A stretch of 63,299 nucleotides of DNA, counting the filler, from Hyphochytrium catenoides (taxonomy: Eukaryota > Protista > Hyphochytriomycota), in NCBI GenBank assembly GCA_900088475.1. It is 3 parts of 3 records of this genome, joined end to end, with 100 filler letters (N's around TTAATTAATTAA, not from the genome) between each part and the next. Parts side by side here need not be neighbours in the genome. Positions count along the whole stretch, not along the records: positions 1 to 28,961 come from FLMG01002281.1; positions 29,062 to 48,099 come from FLMG01001662.1; 1 more part is not named here. One strand, written 5' to 3'. Position numbers and translations under genes: made by a program. Below are positions 20,296-32,360 of the stretch, in pieces. The notes below the pieces were generated by a model that saw only the letters and a list, made by a program, of their open reading frames with translations, made no database searches and was not told the DNA's origin. Every line of letters begins with the position of its first letter. Positions within the stretch are counted from its first letter, which is position 1.

Positions 20296-20969
20296 GAGGA
20301 ATGTAGAGAGCGGTTTAGTTTGGGGATAGGGATAGGCCGTAATACGGAAGCAAAGTTTGAGGCCGGGACGGTGCTCTGTACTTCAAACCTGTTCCTATTC
20401 ACTGTAGACTGCTGTTACAAGGAATAAAATAAAAAGGAGCTCGGTGTCTCGCCTTCATCCAATTGATTCTAGCGGCACTAGGGATAACACCGCCCAAGAG
20501 ATGAGTCCGAGTCTATGGAGTGCAGAGAGAATACCAAAAGGGTCGGCTTCTGCATCTGTTCTTCTGTCTGTCGTAGAACACCAGCATAAGTTAAGAAAGC
20601 CACCGGAGCCCTTGAGACTTGTCGTGCCCAAGGTGTCTGCAGGTCTATTTTTAACGAGCAAGAATGTTCTCAGTTTTAGAGACTCGTCTGTCTTTCTCTT
20701 TCCTCTTGGTTCAGCAGCCGACGTCTACCGCTTCTATCTGGACTGCACTTTATGTCAAGTAAGGACTGGAGGAAGGAGGAATGCATCGTCGGTTGTGGCT
20801 CCCTTGGTGGTGGCCTCTCGCAAGCGGTAAGCAAGGCGTTGGGTAAGGCAGTCAGGACCACAAAATGTCTACTGCACGGTGTGCGGTCGGAGTCACACTT
20901 GGCAGACTCTTGAGCTAAGAATGGGTCAATGGGGTAGCATCTCCAGTAGAAGAGCAACATTTGATACGT

Positions 20970-21781
20970 CTAGTGTGACTCCTTAGGTTTGAGCCCAAAG
21001 CCGAATTCCTGGTGACGCTTTCTTCTGACCGTTGCGGCTCTAGCTGTTTCCTTCCATTTTGTAACTAACGGGGCGGCTTTCAATCGGATCTCCTCTAGCA
21101 AAGTAAAGAGTATGATGAGAATTCAGGTACAGAAGTAGACCGCTAAAGTTTCGGTCTAAAGACGCTTTGTCGGGGGGAAATCGTAACGCAAGAAGAATTG
21201 GAGGTGAACTCTCCTTGAGAACTGGGATAGCAAGAGCGGTTGTCGCTCATACCGGATAAGTGCTTTGTTCGTAATCTGTTCACAGTGATCCCTATTTTGG
21301 TCTTTTCCAGCACTTCTAAGGAGATAAAGCGCTCTGCCAGGATAGCCAGCACGTCGAGGATCTCTCCGTCCGAAAGCTGTACCGTGAACGTTAGAAGACA
21401 AAGGTGTTAGAGGACGTAATTGAAGTGTTAACGTTGAAGACTTAAGGGAGCCGAAGATGAAACGCAACAGATTCTTAGGAATTGACCTACGTTCGGGTCT
21501 TCAAGTCTGCGCTTGAGACGCATTATCTCTTCTTCGATAACCTGCAGTGCTGGTTCTGAGCTCCTAACCGACGATGCTGGTCTGCAGCGTTATCTTACCA
21601 CATTTTTGCACTGGTGGATTGTCAACTGCTTATACGGCTTCTGGGGCGACCTTGGACGAGGCTTTAACCTAATCTCAAATCCAAGCTTGGTTTGGATGAA
21701 CCGCTGAGGCTTCTTTCTCTCTGCACTTGGTTCATCTCGGTGGTAGACAATGGTGCTTCGCTTCTCCGACGGCATCTCCAT
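20970..21781 (-). CDS. TCEANC2: TFIIS N-terminal (LW) domain protein, TCEANC2-like, 4 exons
   Basis: Spliced product YKQLTIHQCKNV|VIEEEIMRLKRRLEDPN|LSDGEILDVLAILAERFISLEVLEKTKIGITVNRLRTKHLS|EEIRLKAAPLVTKWK: the L..T.IG..VN.LR...LV.KWK signature plus an N-terminal YKQxTI motif recalled from TCEANC2. Confidence 0.8.
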
Positions 21782-22763
21782 GCAGTAGCAAATAGCAAAC
21801 TAACACAACGTTCAGCTATTATGAAGCTTCACAGAAAAAGAACGTCTGGGGATCTGCGAAGTCCCAGCTAAAAATCTACAATGAGCTTCGACGCCAGCGG
21901 AACTTCATTTTCCAGTTTTGCATTCGCGAATTACTGTTCAAATGCAATTGGAAGCTGCCCATTTACGTTTCGCAAAATGTGCCTAACAGGCGCGAAATTC
22001 GTTTCTTCTCGGGTTGGTACCTGTAGTGGGAAAATAAGTAAGGCTTATATATTTATTTACGGGAGTGTGCTGCAAGACAGGAAGCGCGATATTACTTTCG
22101 GGAAATGTAGTCCAGTCAAGCGTAACAATTGTTCCTGTCTCTTCTCTTCTGTTCGATCATAATTCAACCTTCCTCCTGCCCGTCAGCCCGGGGACGGACC
22201 CGCGGATGTAAACATTCCTGGCCGTGATTTGTCACCGCCATTGAACATCCCTGTCCTCGATGATAACTCGTGCAACGTCATCCTTCCCCTTCCAAGAGTT
22301 CCACTTACAAACAGGTATAACTCCTTTTCCAGCATAGTACTTGATCTTCAGATGTGTTTCGCTTGAAGAAGAAGTCGATGCGCTCAGCAGCAGAGAATAC
22401 GATGCTCAGGGAGAAAAGGGTGACAGATTACAAAGTAGGGGAAAGAGGAGGGGGCCTTAGCTCTGTATAGGTTGTCGATTGAAGACCCAAAGGCAGAGCC
22501 TCGTTTGTAAGATATAAATGTTGCTCCGCACGTAGTCCGCTGAAGCTAAAACGCGGAGAGTTGTGGTCGAGATAGAAGTTGGATGTTGAGGTCATAGTGT
22601 GGCTTCCGGCAGAAGACATCAGCGGCGGATATGAAGAGGCGAAATAAGAGACGACAATCTGCCTGTCGTATAGTATGTCACTGACTGTGCAGCTTATTGA
22701 ATAAGGAGAACGCTATGCTAGCCTTCTTCACGTGAGCACCCAACAAGGCTATAACAACTTAAG

Positions 22764-25700
22764 TCAATGTGAATTGGCTTCTTCTTCCCTGAAAGAGGGT
22801 CCAGCAGCATCTCGTGCAGCCCTTAGCTTATGAATTGAAACTCTATCGCCTGCCTCCTTGAGGTCCAAAGAGCTAGGTATGAGAATAAACTAGAATCAGC
22901 TTCTTGTCGACTTTACTAGCTAAAACAGGGCACCGAGATCGAAGAAGAACAACCGATCATGGGAGATGTGAACGAGAAGGGACACTGACCTGACATCATT
23001 AGGCGTGATGAAGATGAATTGGCTGCGAGGGTGCATCAGGCCCATATCTACCAGCCCTCGCAGAGCCAGCGTTCTGTTCTTACTGTCCATGAAGACATCG
23101 AACTCGTCCATCACGCGAAAAGGACAACTTGAGAAAGAGCCTACTGCAGAGAGAAAGGCAAGCTGCACTGTCGACCTGCAGAGTTAAATTTAGAGCGATG
23201 TCTCTGCTGAGTACGGATTGGTTTGGCTCTTCTTCTTACCTCTCCCCTCCTGAGAAGGTGCTTACATCGTTCTCTCCTACAGCGGTCGCCGATATAATGT
23301 TTTGGGTTACCTGTCAAATTGCAGAATGCGATCAGCATGGCTATACTCAAGGATGGGCCTTGCTCCCTTTCGATGTAGCTAGACTTCGCATCTCTCTTGT
23401 CTTTAGGTAGATCCACAACCTGGACGACACGGACCTTGAACTCCAATGTCTCCTCTTTATGGTTAAACGTGATCCCTCCAGTCATGTTTCTATCCAAAAG
23501 GTAAAAGTTGAACTCCTGCGAAATCGTGTGGCTAACAAGACCGATTGAATCCTTAAGATCCCTCTCCCTCTTTTGTACCAAAGTTGCCATAGTACGCTCA
23601 TTGTCTAGCACCTAGGGACACACCGCGTGCGAGTCTTAGCGACGCCACAGAAGACTAGAAAACGCCCTTCAAGAGACAATAAGGGATAGAGCTAAGGCAG
23701 ACAGCGACCAGAAGGCAATCGCTTACACTTTCAAACACTGCTTCCTTCGCCTGAAGTTTTCGCTGCAAATCTTCGTAGGCCTGTGTCAGCTCCACAAAGT
23801 CAAGCACGTTGAATCGTGCTCGATGTTCTTGAATGCGAGCCTAGGCAACCCATTACTATTTAGAGGACTCAAGACAGGATGGCCTTAGGCGATAAGAAGC
23901 GGGGGACAGATGATGAGAAGGAGGGGGAGTGGTCTTCCCGTACCTTGGCCACTTGGAGAGCTTCCTTCACTCTTTCTGACGATTCCCCTAGTCTTATTTT
24001 TTCTGCAAAGCGATAGTTCTCGTTTTGCTCTACCTGAGCAGCTTTGGCCCGAGTCTCTTCTAGCTTTTCCTAGGAGGCCGACGAGGTCAGTATAAAGAAC
24101 ATTCTTCCTCCACGTCGCTCTCTCTCTACCGTCTTTCAATGTCTGTCTTCCAGCTCTCCCCAGACTCTTTATATCCTCGCTTCAGCATCGTCCAATTCCC
24201 TCAACTGTTTACACATCACTTCCTTCTCCTCCTCACCCTAACAGTAATGTCTGTGCAAGAGCTTACCTCGCATTCCTTGCACTCTGCCTCCTTCTGGGAC
24301 GCCCTAGCTCTCTTCTCTTCCACCTTCCTTTCGAGCACCTCGCCTTTTCTCTTAAGTATCTCTAGCGATCCAATCATCTCCTCCAACTGTCTAAGAACCA
24401 CCTCATGCTTCTCCTGCATGCTTTCATCGCTTCTGAAGGCGTGAAGTTGCTCCTAGTGAGAGGGCGGTCAACTTTTCCTCTTTCTTTTAGTACTAGAAAT
24501 TGAACAGGAACAGAAAAGTCACCTCATAGGGCTGAAGTTCGTCTTGCCTCTCTTTGACTCTCTCCTCAAGCATCTCTTTCTTTTGAATCAGGTCTAAGAT
24601 GCTTTCTTTAAACAGTCGGATTTCCTCTTCAAGTGCGCTGGTGTCAACCTCCGTCTCCTACATTGAGCTGTTAGGTCTCGAGATGCTGTAGCGCCCTTCC
24701 TTGCAATGCGGACTTCTCATCTCTCGCAATCCATTTCCTCCGTACAGGTTCAGCGTCTACGAAGTGCAACCACCATTGCCGTCACGATGCAATAGTGAAC
24801 GCCATCCTCTCCCGTATTAGGAAGTTGTTCCATCTGCTGATTCCTCTCTCTCTTCCCTACCTTCTACCCCGCTGCATCCACTCCTGATTGGTTGCCCAGA
24901 ACTTCTCCAGTTTGGCTACTTACCTCAACAAGGGCCTCCCGTATGTCCTTAACTCTATTCTCTGCTTGCGTGATTAGCCGAACGTTCTTGAGGTGCAGTT
25001 TGTTTACAGCTTCAAGCTCTTGCTTTAGAGTCCTGGCAGCATCTCGGAGTTCCTGAAGGGAGCGACGGTGGAAGTCCTGGACAGTTCAAGTGACAGAGAT
25101 GAAGGCAATAAAGGAACAAGCAGTAACTCAGCGAGGGCGAGGGGGCGAGATGAGGTATACTGGAAGAAAATTATAGCGAAGGAACTGTCGATAGGTCTCC
25201 GAGCGTTCACTGGCCACTGAGTGAACTGAGGAGCCAAGATGTAGAAGACCTCGTCACAGTCCTCTGAACAAGCATTTCATAGGCGACCTACCATTTCTCT
25301 GCGATAGGTGTCCACCTGTTCTGTAAGGACCTTGATCTGCTCTTCCACGTTAGTCGTCAGACGGCTGGCTCGTTCCCTGCCTCCTGCGATGAAGGTATGG
25401 TTTCCATTTCGCACATACACCTTGGAGCCATCAGGAATATATCCTTCTTTAACGCCTCTTGGTGTTTGAAGGCTACCATCCTTGCCTAGAAGCATCAAGG
25501 ACCGCAATTGGTCCATGCTATCAAAAACTACCTAGCGAAGGAGAGCGAGGCGTAGTCAGGAAGACAGTCTCTATGCTATGGACACCTTGGTTTGTCCTTC
25601 CCTTTCGACTACCGTCTGATCTTCATTTCAGCTACTAATCGATGTCCACGCCCCTCATCTCCCTCCCTCTAGAGTAAATTTCATGTTCTTTTGCCTTTCC

Positions 25701-28700
25701 CTTCTTGTTGTTCCAAGCTCATAAAGCATGAGAAGTATAGGTCCTGTATCCTATCCTCTAGCCTCTCTCGCCTACTCGCCTTCGATTCCATGTTTGTCTG
25801 GTCAATAAGGCCATTGAAGACAACGTCGACCTCAATGTCTAGGAGGAGGGCGATGGACAGCTTGCGTAGCTCTCCCTCTGGAAGACGGAGCTGAGAATAA
25901 CGGCTGTCTGATCGAGGAACTATCAAGGTGTTGGCCTCTCCTGGTCGCATGCCCACCTAATGGCATCAGAGATCAAAGAAAATAAGACGCCAGGAAGGAA
26001 GGAAGAGAGAAGCGGTCGCCTCAGCGGGCAGACTCAAGGTGCAAAGAGAGGAAGCCTGATGAACAATTAGCGGATTAGAGGAGATCGCCACCCCTGAAGT
26101 TGATCTTCCGGAGCTATGTTTTCGGCGCCTTTGCAGAAATCTGCATTTACCGTGTCTCACCTTGTGCTTCAACTGGTCCATCAATGGCTTATCTTCCGCG
26201 CGCTGTATAATGAAGGACGAGAGGGTCTTTCCGATACAAGCCTCGATTGCCGTGCCCTACGAGGTATTGTGAGTCTCACCTCTCTCTGTCTATATTTCTA
26301 GGTAACGTTCCCCTGCACCCACAGTGGGATCGCTTCTGCAGGTTTAATGTCCCACTCACAGCTGCTATATTGCCGCTCAATGGACATAGCAGCACCATCA
26401 ACAGGCCACCGCTTAAGCTTCGTCCGAAGCAATGGAAAAGCCCTGAAAGGCTGAACAGTTTCTAGGGCTCTTTCCTTTGACCTTTCGCCAGCGTCTGTAC
26501 GCCCTCTTTCTCTGGGCTCTACCCTTGCGTGCCTGTCCTACTACTCTCGTTTTCTAATCTTGAGACCTTACCCACTGCCTGTTCCTTTCCGGTAGGTTCA
26601 TATGCATCCCAATCGGACCGATGGGAGGAGCCTGGAAGCGCCGAATATTCTTCTGTATCTCAGAGAGAAGAGCTCCCATACGAGGACCAAACAGAGCAGC
26701 CCTAACATAGACAGGTAGCGACTTACTCAAGGCAGCCCTTGGAATCTCAGACACACTGAAGCAGAAACGTTGGACAGTGAAGGGACTCTTGCCTGACCGT
26801 ACCGGTTATTCTTTTGGCTTTTCAAGGACTTGAGGCGGTCACTTGCTTTTTCATAGTACTGAGTAGCCTGCTGCAACAGCTCGTTGCACCGTCTCTCCTC
26901 TTCTCTCTTCTTCTCAATTTCTTGGCGCAGGTTTTCCTGGTCCTGAAATATAAATAGAGGTATTAGAAGCGAGAGATCGAGAAAGAGAGACACAGAGAGA
27001 GAGATAAAGAGAGAGAGAGAGAGTAAGCACGACGTACAGCTGCCTACCAAAAGACAAGAAGGCAGACGGAGCAAGCGAAAGCACTTTTCATCCACAGCAC
27101 GCTACCTGACCGTGCTTGGCTTGATCTTCCTTCCTCCTTTCTAGTTCTTCCTCTGCCCGTAGAAGTGTCTCCTGTTGCCTTGCTTTTTTCTCTTTGTTTT
27201 GGCTAAGGGCCTCATTCTGAAGCCGCGATAGCTCAGAAATGGCCTCTCTCTGCTGAGCTTGTTGATGCGCTATTCTTCTCTGCAAACCTCTTACTTGAGT
27301 CTGGATAACACGGAGACGGAGGACAGAAAGAGAGACATAAGATGGCCTTGAAATGGATCTGAATAGAATGTCACAAAGAGCACTATAAAGAGAGAGATCG
27401 GGGAGGAAATGCACCCCAAACGTTGCCTTCCTTACCTCCAGATTCCTCAAAGGGTTCTTCTTCTCCTGGATCACTTTCACTAGGCGCTCTTCCTCTTTCT
27501 TCCTCTCCTCAAACTCTTCGTTCAACGCTTCCATCTCTCGCTGCTTCTCACGCAATTGTTCTCTCTCCCTCTCTTCGCGCTGCTTCTGAGCCTCTAACGC
27601 GTCCAGGTACCTGCAGAACAAGGCTTAGTTACAAGCCAGAACAACGCAGGGCAAGGCTAGAGAACACTCTCATACTTCTGATATTTTGTCTGCTCGGCGG
27701 TGAGTGCCTTTCTCTTCTCAGACAGTTTTGCCTCCTCTTCATACACTTTGGTTCGGGCGAGCTTAACGGTCAACATCGATGCCTGACAAGGAGTTTGAGA
27801 ACACGGAAGAGAGCGCGAGGGGATAGGAAGAAGTCGGACGGCAAAGTGATTTGAGTCGAACGACTGCTAAACATTTCTGGGTATGAGGTAGAAGTGATGA
27901 GTGAAGATAGACAACACGCCATGGAGTCTGTGAGTGTTGGGAGCGAAATCCATATTTTGCACAAGACAAGGAGAGAAGAGAGAGAGGGAGGTGGAGAGAG
28001 AGAGAGAGAGAGAGAGAGGCGGAGGAAGAGAGAGAGGGGGAGAGAGAGATAAGGAGACGGAAGATACACGTAATGATAGGTGAAAAAACAAGGCAAGAGA
28101 GTACCTCCTCTTCCAGCTCTTTCATTCTCCCAGCTTCTTCACAGCGCTTCTTAGCCTCTGCCGCCTCCCTTCTAATAGTCTCTAGCTTCCTCTTCTGCTG
28201 CTCCAGCACGGTCTCCATGACCTCAAGATGATGTCGGGCCTCACTGTATAGTTCTTTGGTCTTCTTGAGCTCGGTGGCGCGAAGAAAGAATGAGTATTTA
28301 TCTTTGTTGCTTCCTTTAATAAAGCGCTTTGCTTCTTCTTGGTCCAGCACCGCACAAGGGTTATCAATCTGCCGAGAACGCCCGGTTGGCGAGGATGAAG
28401 GTTAGGAAGTGTAGAAGAGAGCCAGAAAAACGAGAAGAAAAAGAGGAGTGCGGCTTGCGAGGGAGAGAAGAGAGGAGAAGAAAGACAGAAGAGAGATTGA
28501 AGAGGGGAGAAAGAAATGAGAGGAGAGAGAGAGAAAGAGAGAAAAAAAAGAGAGAGAGAGAGGGGGGGAGATTAAGAGAGAGAATGAGAGAGAGAGAGAG
28601 AAAGAGAGAGAGAAATAGTGTGGAGTATCCTCTATCTCACACCTGAATGTTAAAGCGGTCCAAGAGAGCAATCAAGTCAGCTCTTTTCTTCGACACGACC

Positions 28701-28810
28701 TGCCCCGTCTCGCCCATCAGCCGGTACTCTGACGCTCCAGACGGAAGTATCTTGCGCTCGATGGTGATCGCCGCACCAAAGTCTTCGGGTCGGTACGCAT
28801 CAGACCCTGC
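22764..28810 (-). CDS. SMC6: Structural maintenance of chromosomes protein 6, multi-exon, 5' end (Walker A) missing at the contig break
   Basis: GSDAYRPEDFG..ITIERKI, FNIQ|IDNPCAVLDQEEAKRF, coiled coils, hinge PPIGPIGMH..W|GTAIEACIG, signature FSGGE|RST, Walker B CPFRVMDEFDVFMD, SQFIFITP. Several internal exon borders not fixed. Confidence 0.93.
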
Positions 28811-28961
28811 TAACGTAGTGTTTAAGCGAAGCATGGACCAAGCAGGGTGCTCTTCTGTTACGGGGAAGAGGCTCTACGGAAAGCAGAGAAGACTTTACGG
28901 AAAAGTATAACGTGAGCACAGAGAGAAGGGTTGGGAGAGAGAGAGAGAGAGAGAGAGAGAG

Positions 28962-29061
28962 NNNNNNNNNNNNNNNNNNNNNNNNNNNNNNNNNNNNNNN
29001 NNNNNTTAATTAATTAANNNNNNNNNNNNNNNNNNNNNNNNNNNNNNNNNNNNNNNNNNNN
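28962..29061. other. Artificial contig spacer (44 N + TTAATTAATTAA + 44 N)
   Basis: Six-frame-stop 12-mer at 29006-29017 centred in exactly 100 nt; identical structure at 48100-48199. Confidence 0.97.
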
Positions 29062-29356
29062 TCTCTCTCCCTCTCTCTCTCTGTATCCCTCTTTCTCTCT
29101 CTCCCTCTGCCTCTCATTCTCCCTCATTCTCTCTCTCCCTTCCTCTTCCCCCTCTCTCCTCTCTTTCTCTCTCTGTCTCGTCACTCTCTCTCTCTCTCTT
29201 GTGACGACCAAGCTTCAGCTTTTCTTCTCAAAGCATCCTCGGTAGTCAGTGCCATCGCCTTCCTGGTCTTCAATTCTCACTTCCAAAGTTTAATAGTTGC
29301 AGACACCGAGCACAGAAGACGAAGCCTCTCTTCCTTTCCAAAATAACAGCAGAACT

Positions 29357-29598
29357 ATGGGTAAGGAGCTGAAGGAGGCCCACTCCTCAGCTTCTCTTAT
29401 CGCGTGCTTGTAGCTGGAACTTGACTTCCTCTTTCTTTCCATTTCTCTCTCTCTCTCTCTCTCTCTCCCCCTCTTTGTCTCCAGCTCCCTTCTTCTTTCT
29501 TGGCAGTTCTGTCTGCGCTCTCGCCACCTTTCGTAGGTTTCGCACAGAAGCCCAAAGAGCCTTGCTTCTCTCTTTTGCTTGCCTGACTCTCTCTTTTG

Positions 29599-29641
<43 letters not shown>

Positions 29642-30457
29642 TTTTTTCCTAATGCAGTCTACACAATCGTCCTCGTGCGCCATGGAGAGTCTGAGTGGAA
29701 CCTGGCCAACAGGTTCACGGGCTGGGTGGACGTCGGTCTGTCCGAGAAGGGTAAGATTCTCTCTTCCGCTGCCTGTTATCTCTTTCTCTCTCTCTGTCCC
29801 TCTCTCGCTCTCTCTCTTTCCCCGCACACCCTCCTCTCTTTCCCTGATGTTGCCTCTCTAGCTTTGGGCCCCAGATCCTTTCTCTCTTTCTTTCTCTCTT
29901 GTCATCAGCACTATTGAGGATTGCCCTAGGTCTCATAGTGCCAAAATCCGCCTTCCTTTTCTCTCTGNNNNNNNNNNNNNNNNNNNNNNNNNNNNNNNNN
30001 NNNNNNNNNNNNNNNNNNNNNNNNNNNNNNNNNNNNNNNNNNNNNNNGAGGCAATTGCTGGGGGGAAAGAGCTTCAGAAGCAGAACTATCGGTTCGACAT
30101 GGCCTACACGTCCGTCCTCAAGAGAGCTATCAAGACTTGCAACGTGGTCCTTGAAGAGGTCGACCAGCTTTGGATCCCTGTCGTCAAGGTTAAGCGTCTC
30201 GTTCTTTCTCTCCTTCTCTCTCTCTCTCTCTCTCTCTCTTTTATAAGCTCTCGAAGCCGGATTGTTTTGCTTTCTCTATATTTCTCTTCGCATCCGCTTT
30301 TCTCTCTCTCCCTGCATTTCTCTCTCTCTTCTCTCTTTCTTGGTCTGTTAGGTCAACTCAGGACTGGCGTCTTTCTGTCACTTTCTCTCTCTCTCTTTCT
30401 CTTTATCCTCTTTCTCTCCTTATTTTTCTCTTTCCTTCCCGACTCCCTAACACCTCC

Positions 30458-30500
<43 letters not shown>

Positions 30501-30804
30501 CAACGTATTTGATAGGCTTGGCAGCTGAATGAGCGTCACTATGGCGCTCTCCAGGGTCTGAACAAGCAAGAAACAGTGGAGAAGCACGGCATTGACCAGG
30601 TGAAGATCTGGAGGAGAAGCTATGACATTCCTCCCCCAGAATGCGCGAGAGACAGCGAATATTACCCAGGCAATGACCCGCGCTACGCATCTGTTCCGGA
30701 AGAGAAGCTGCCCACCACGGAGAGTTTGAAGACGACGCTCGAGAGAGTTCTGCCCTATTGGGACCAGGAGATCGCTCCTCAAGTCAAGTAAGTGAGAGAG
30801 AAAC

Positions 30805-30835
<31 letters not shown>

Positions 30836-31622
30836 GAAGAGAGGGGAAAGAAGACAACTTGGTACTTGTGGAAGTGCTCGCCGGTAGGGCTCTCTAGGAC
30901 GACCCGAGACGAAAGAGGGGAGAGAGAGAAAGAGAGACAGTAAGAAGAGGATAGAAAAAGGCTCCAAGCGCTGACTCGAAAGAAAACGAGAAGGGAGAGA
31001 GAGAGAGAGAGAGAGAAGAATGAGCTCTGTCAATGCTAAAGATTGCAATCAAAAGAAAGGAACAAAGGCGAAGAGTGCAAAGTCATTCATTAAAGGGAGA
31101 AGGACACAGAGAGAGATCCAAAGCCTTACCTAACCTTCTCTCCCATTTCCTCTCTCTCTCTCTCTCTCTCTTTCCATCCAGGTCAGGCAAGAAGATCCTC
31201 ATCGCTGCGCACGGCAACTCACTGCGCGCGCTGGTAAAGTATCTGGACGACATTCCAGAGAGCGTCATCACTGAGCTCAACATCCCCACCGGTACGGGCG
31301 CGATTTAGGGAGAGAAGAGAAAAGAGAAAGAGAGAGAGAGAAGGAAGTCCGGGGCCGCAGAAGGGCGTATAGAAAGAGAGAGAGTCAGGAAGACATAGCC
31401 CGAGAGAGAGAGGCGCACGGGGGAGGGAGAAAGGGCAGAAGAAGATTGACCGAACGGAAAGGGCGCCACTTTATAACGCGGATAGATAAGCGTGAGAGCC
31501 AGGAGAGCCTGCCGATAGGATAAACTTATCAGAAGAGAGAGAGAGAGAGCACAAGAGAGAGAATATCTATGTGGCGATCATCTCCCGTCTTGCTGGACTT
31601 GATAGCTCAGGAGAGAAAGGGG

Positions 31623-31653
<31 letters not shown>

Positions 31654-31741
31654 ACGGCGTGCAAGAGTGAGCAATGTGGATTCGATGGTGGGAGAGAGTG
31701 AACTGCTGGTGGCGTTCCGTAGACCGACTGGCTCTCTTAAA

Positions 31742-31773
<32 letters not shown>

Positions 31774-31927
31774 GGCAGGCATTCCTCTCGTGTACGAGTT
31801 GGACGAGAATCTTCGTCCCATCAAGCACAAGGACGCCATCGCGCCTCTCTCTGGGCACTACCTGGGCAACCAGGAAGAGATCAGAGGCCGCATCGATGCT
31901 GTTGCTAACCAGACCAAGGCCAAGTAA
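29357..31927 (+). CDS. PGAM: 2,3-bisphosphoglycerate-dependent phosphoglycerate mutase (dPGM)
   Basis: ATGG|gtaagg first exon, then [73 protein letters not shown]|GIPLVYELD. An N gap hides the start of exon 3. Confidence 0.97.
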
Positions 31928-31962
31928 GGAGCAGAGAAGACAGAGGACACAGAGAGAAAGAG

Positions 31963-31993
<31 letters not shown>

Positions 31994-32360
31994 ACACCAA
32001 GAAGAGAGGACAGCTGTTTAGTCCTAGCAAAGCTATCATAACCTAAGGATTCTGCTATCACCGTCAAGAGTGCCGCCCCGGCCCTTCTGCATCTCCTTCC
32101 ATTAGGCGAAAGAGAAAAAAAAATGGAGAGAGAGAAAGAAAGATAGAGCGAAGAGAAGAAAGAGACAGGCAAGGAAGTAGATAGCGAGAGATGATGAGAC
32201 AAGAGGCTTCTGCAATGGGACTGGACGCCTTAAGAGAGATAGAAGAGGACGAGGACTTGGGTCTGAAGAGAGAGAGAGAGACACGGAGAGAGAGAAACTT
32301 CTTGCTTCCTATTCAAGTTGTATACGTGTCTCTAAGTGTTTATTTGAATAGATAATAAGC

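Noticed and set aside
21990-21997. E2F-like TTTCGCGC upstream of the TCEANC2-like gene
   Set aside because: Single 8-mer, expected by chance; no supporting data.
22157-22410. Minus-strand frame ending NVYIRGSVPG, faintly like ribosomal protein uL3
   Set aside because: Only a few residues match, there is an in-frame TGA, and no other uL3 motifs are present.
23242-23256. SMC6 signature FSGGE instead of LSGGE
   Set aside because: Conservative change; Walker B and D-loop are intact.
29006-29017. TTAATTAATTAA palindrome as a biological site (also 48144-48155)
   Set aside because: Centred in an exact 100-nt N spacer both times; assembly linker.
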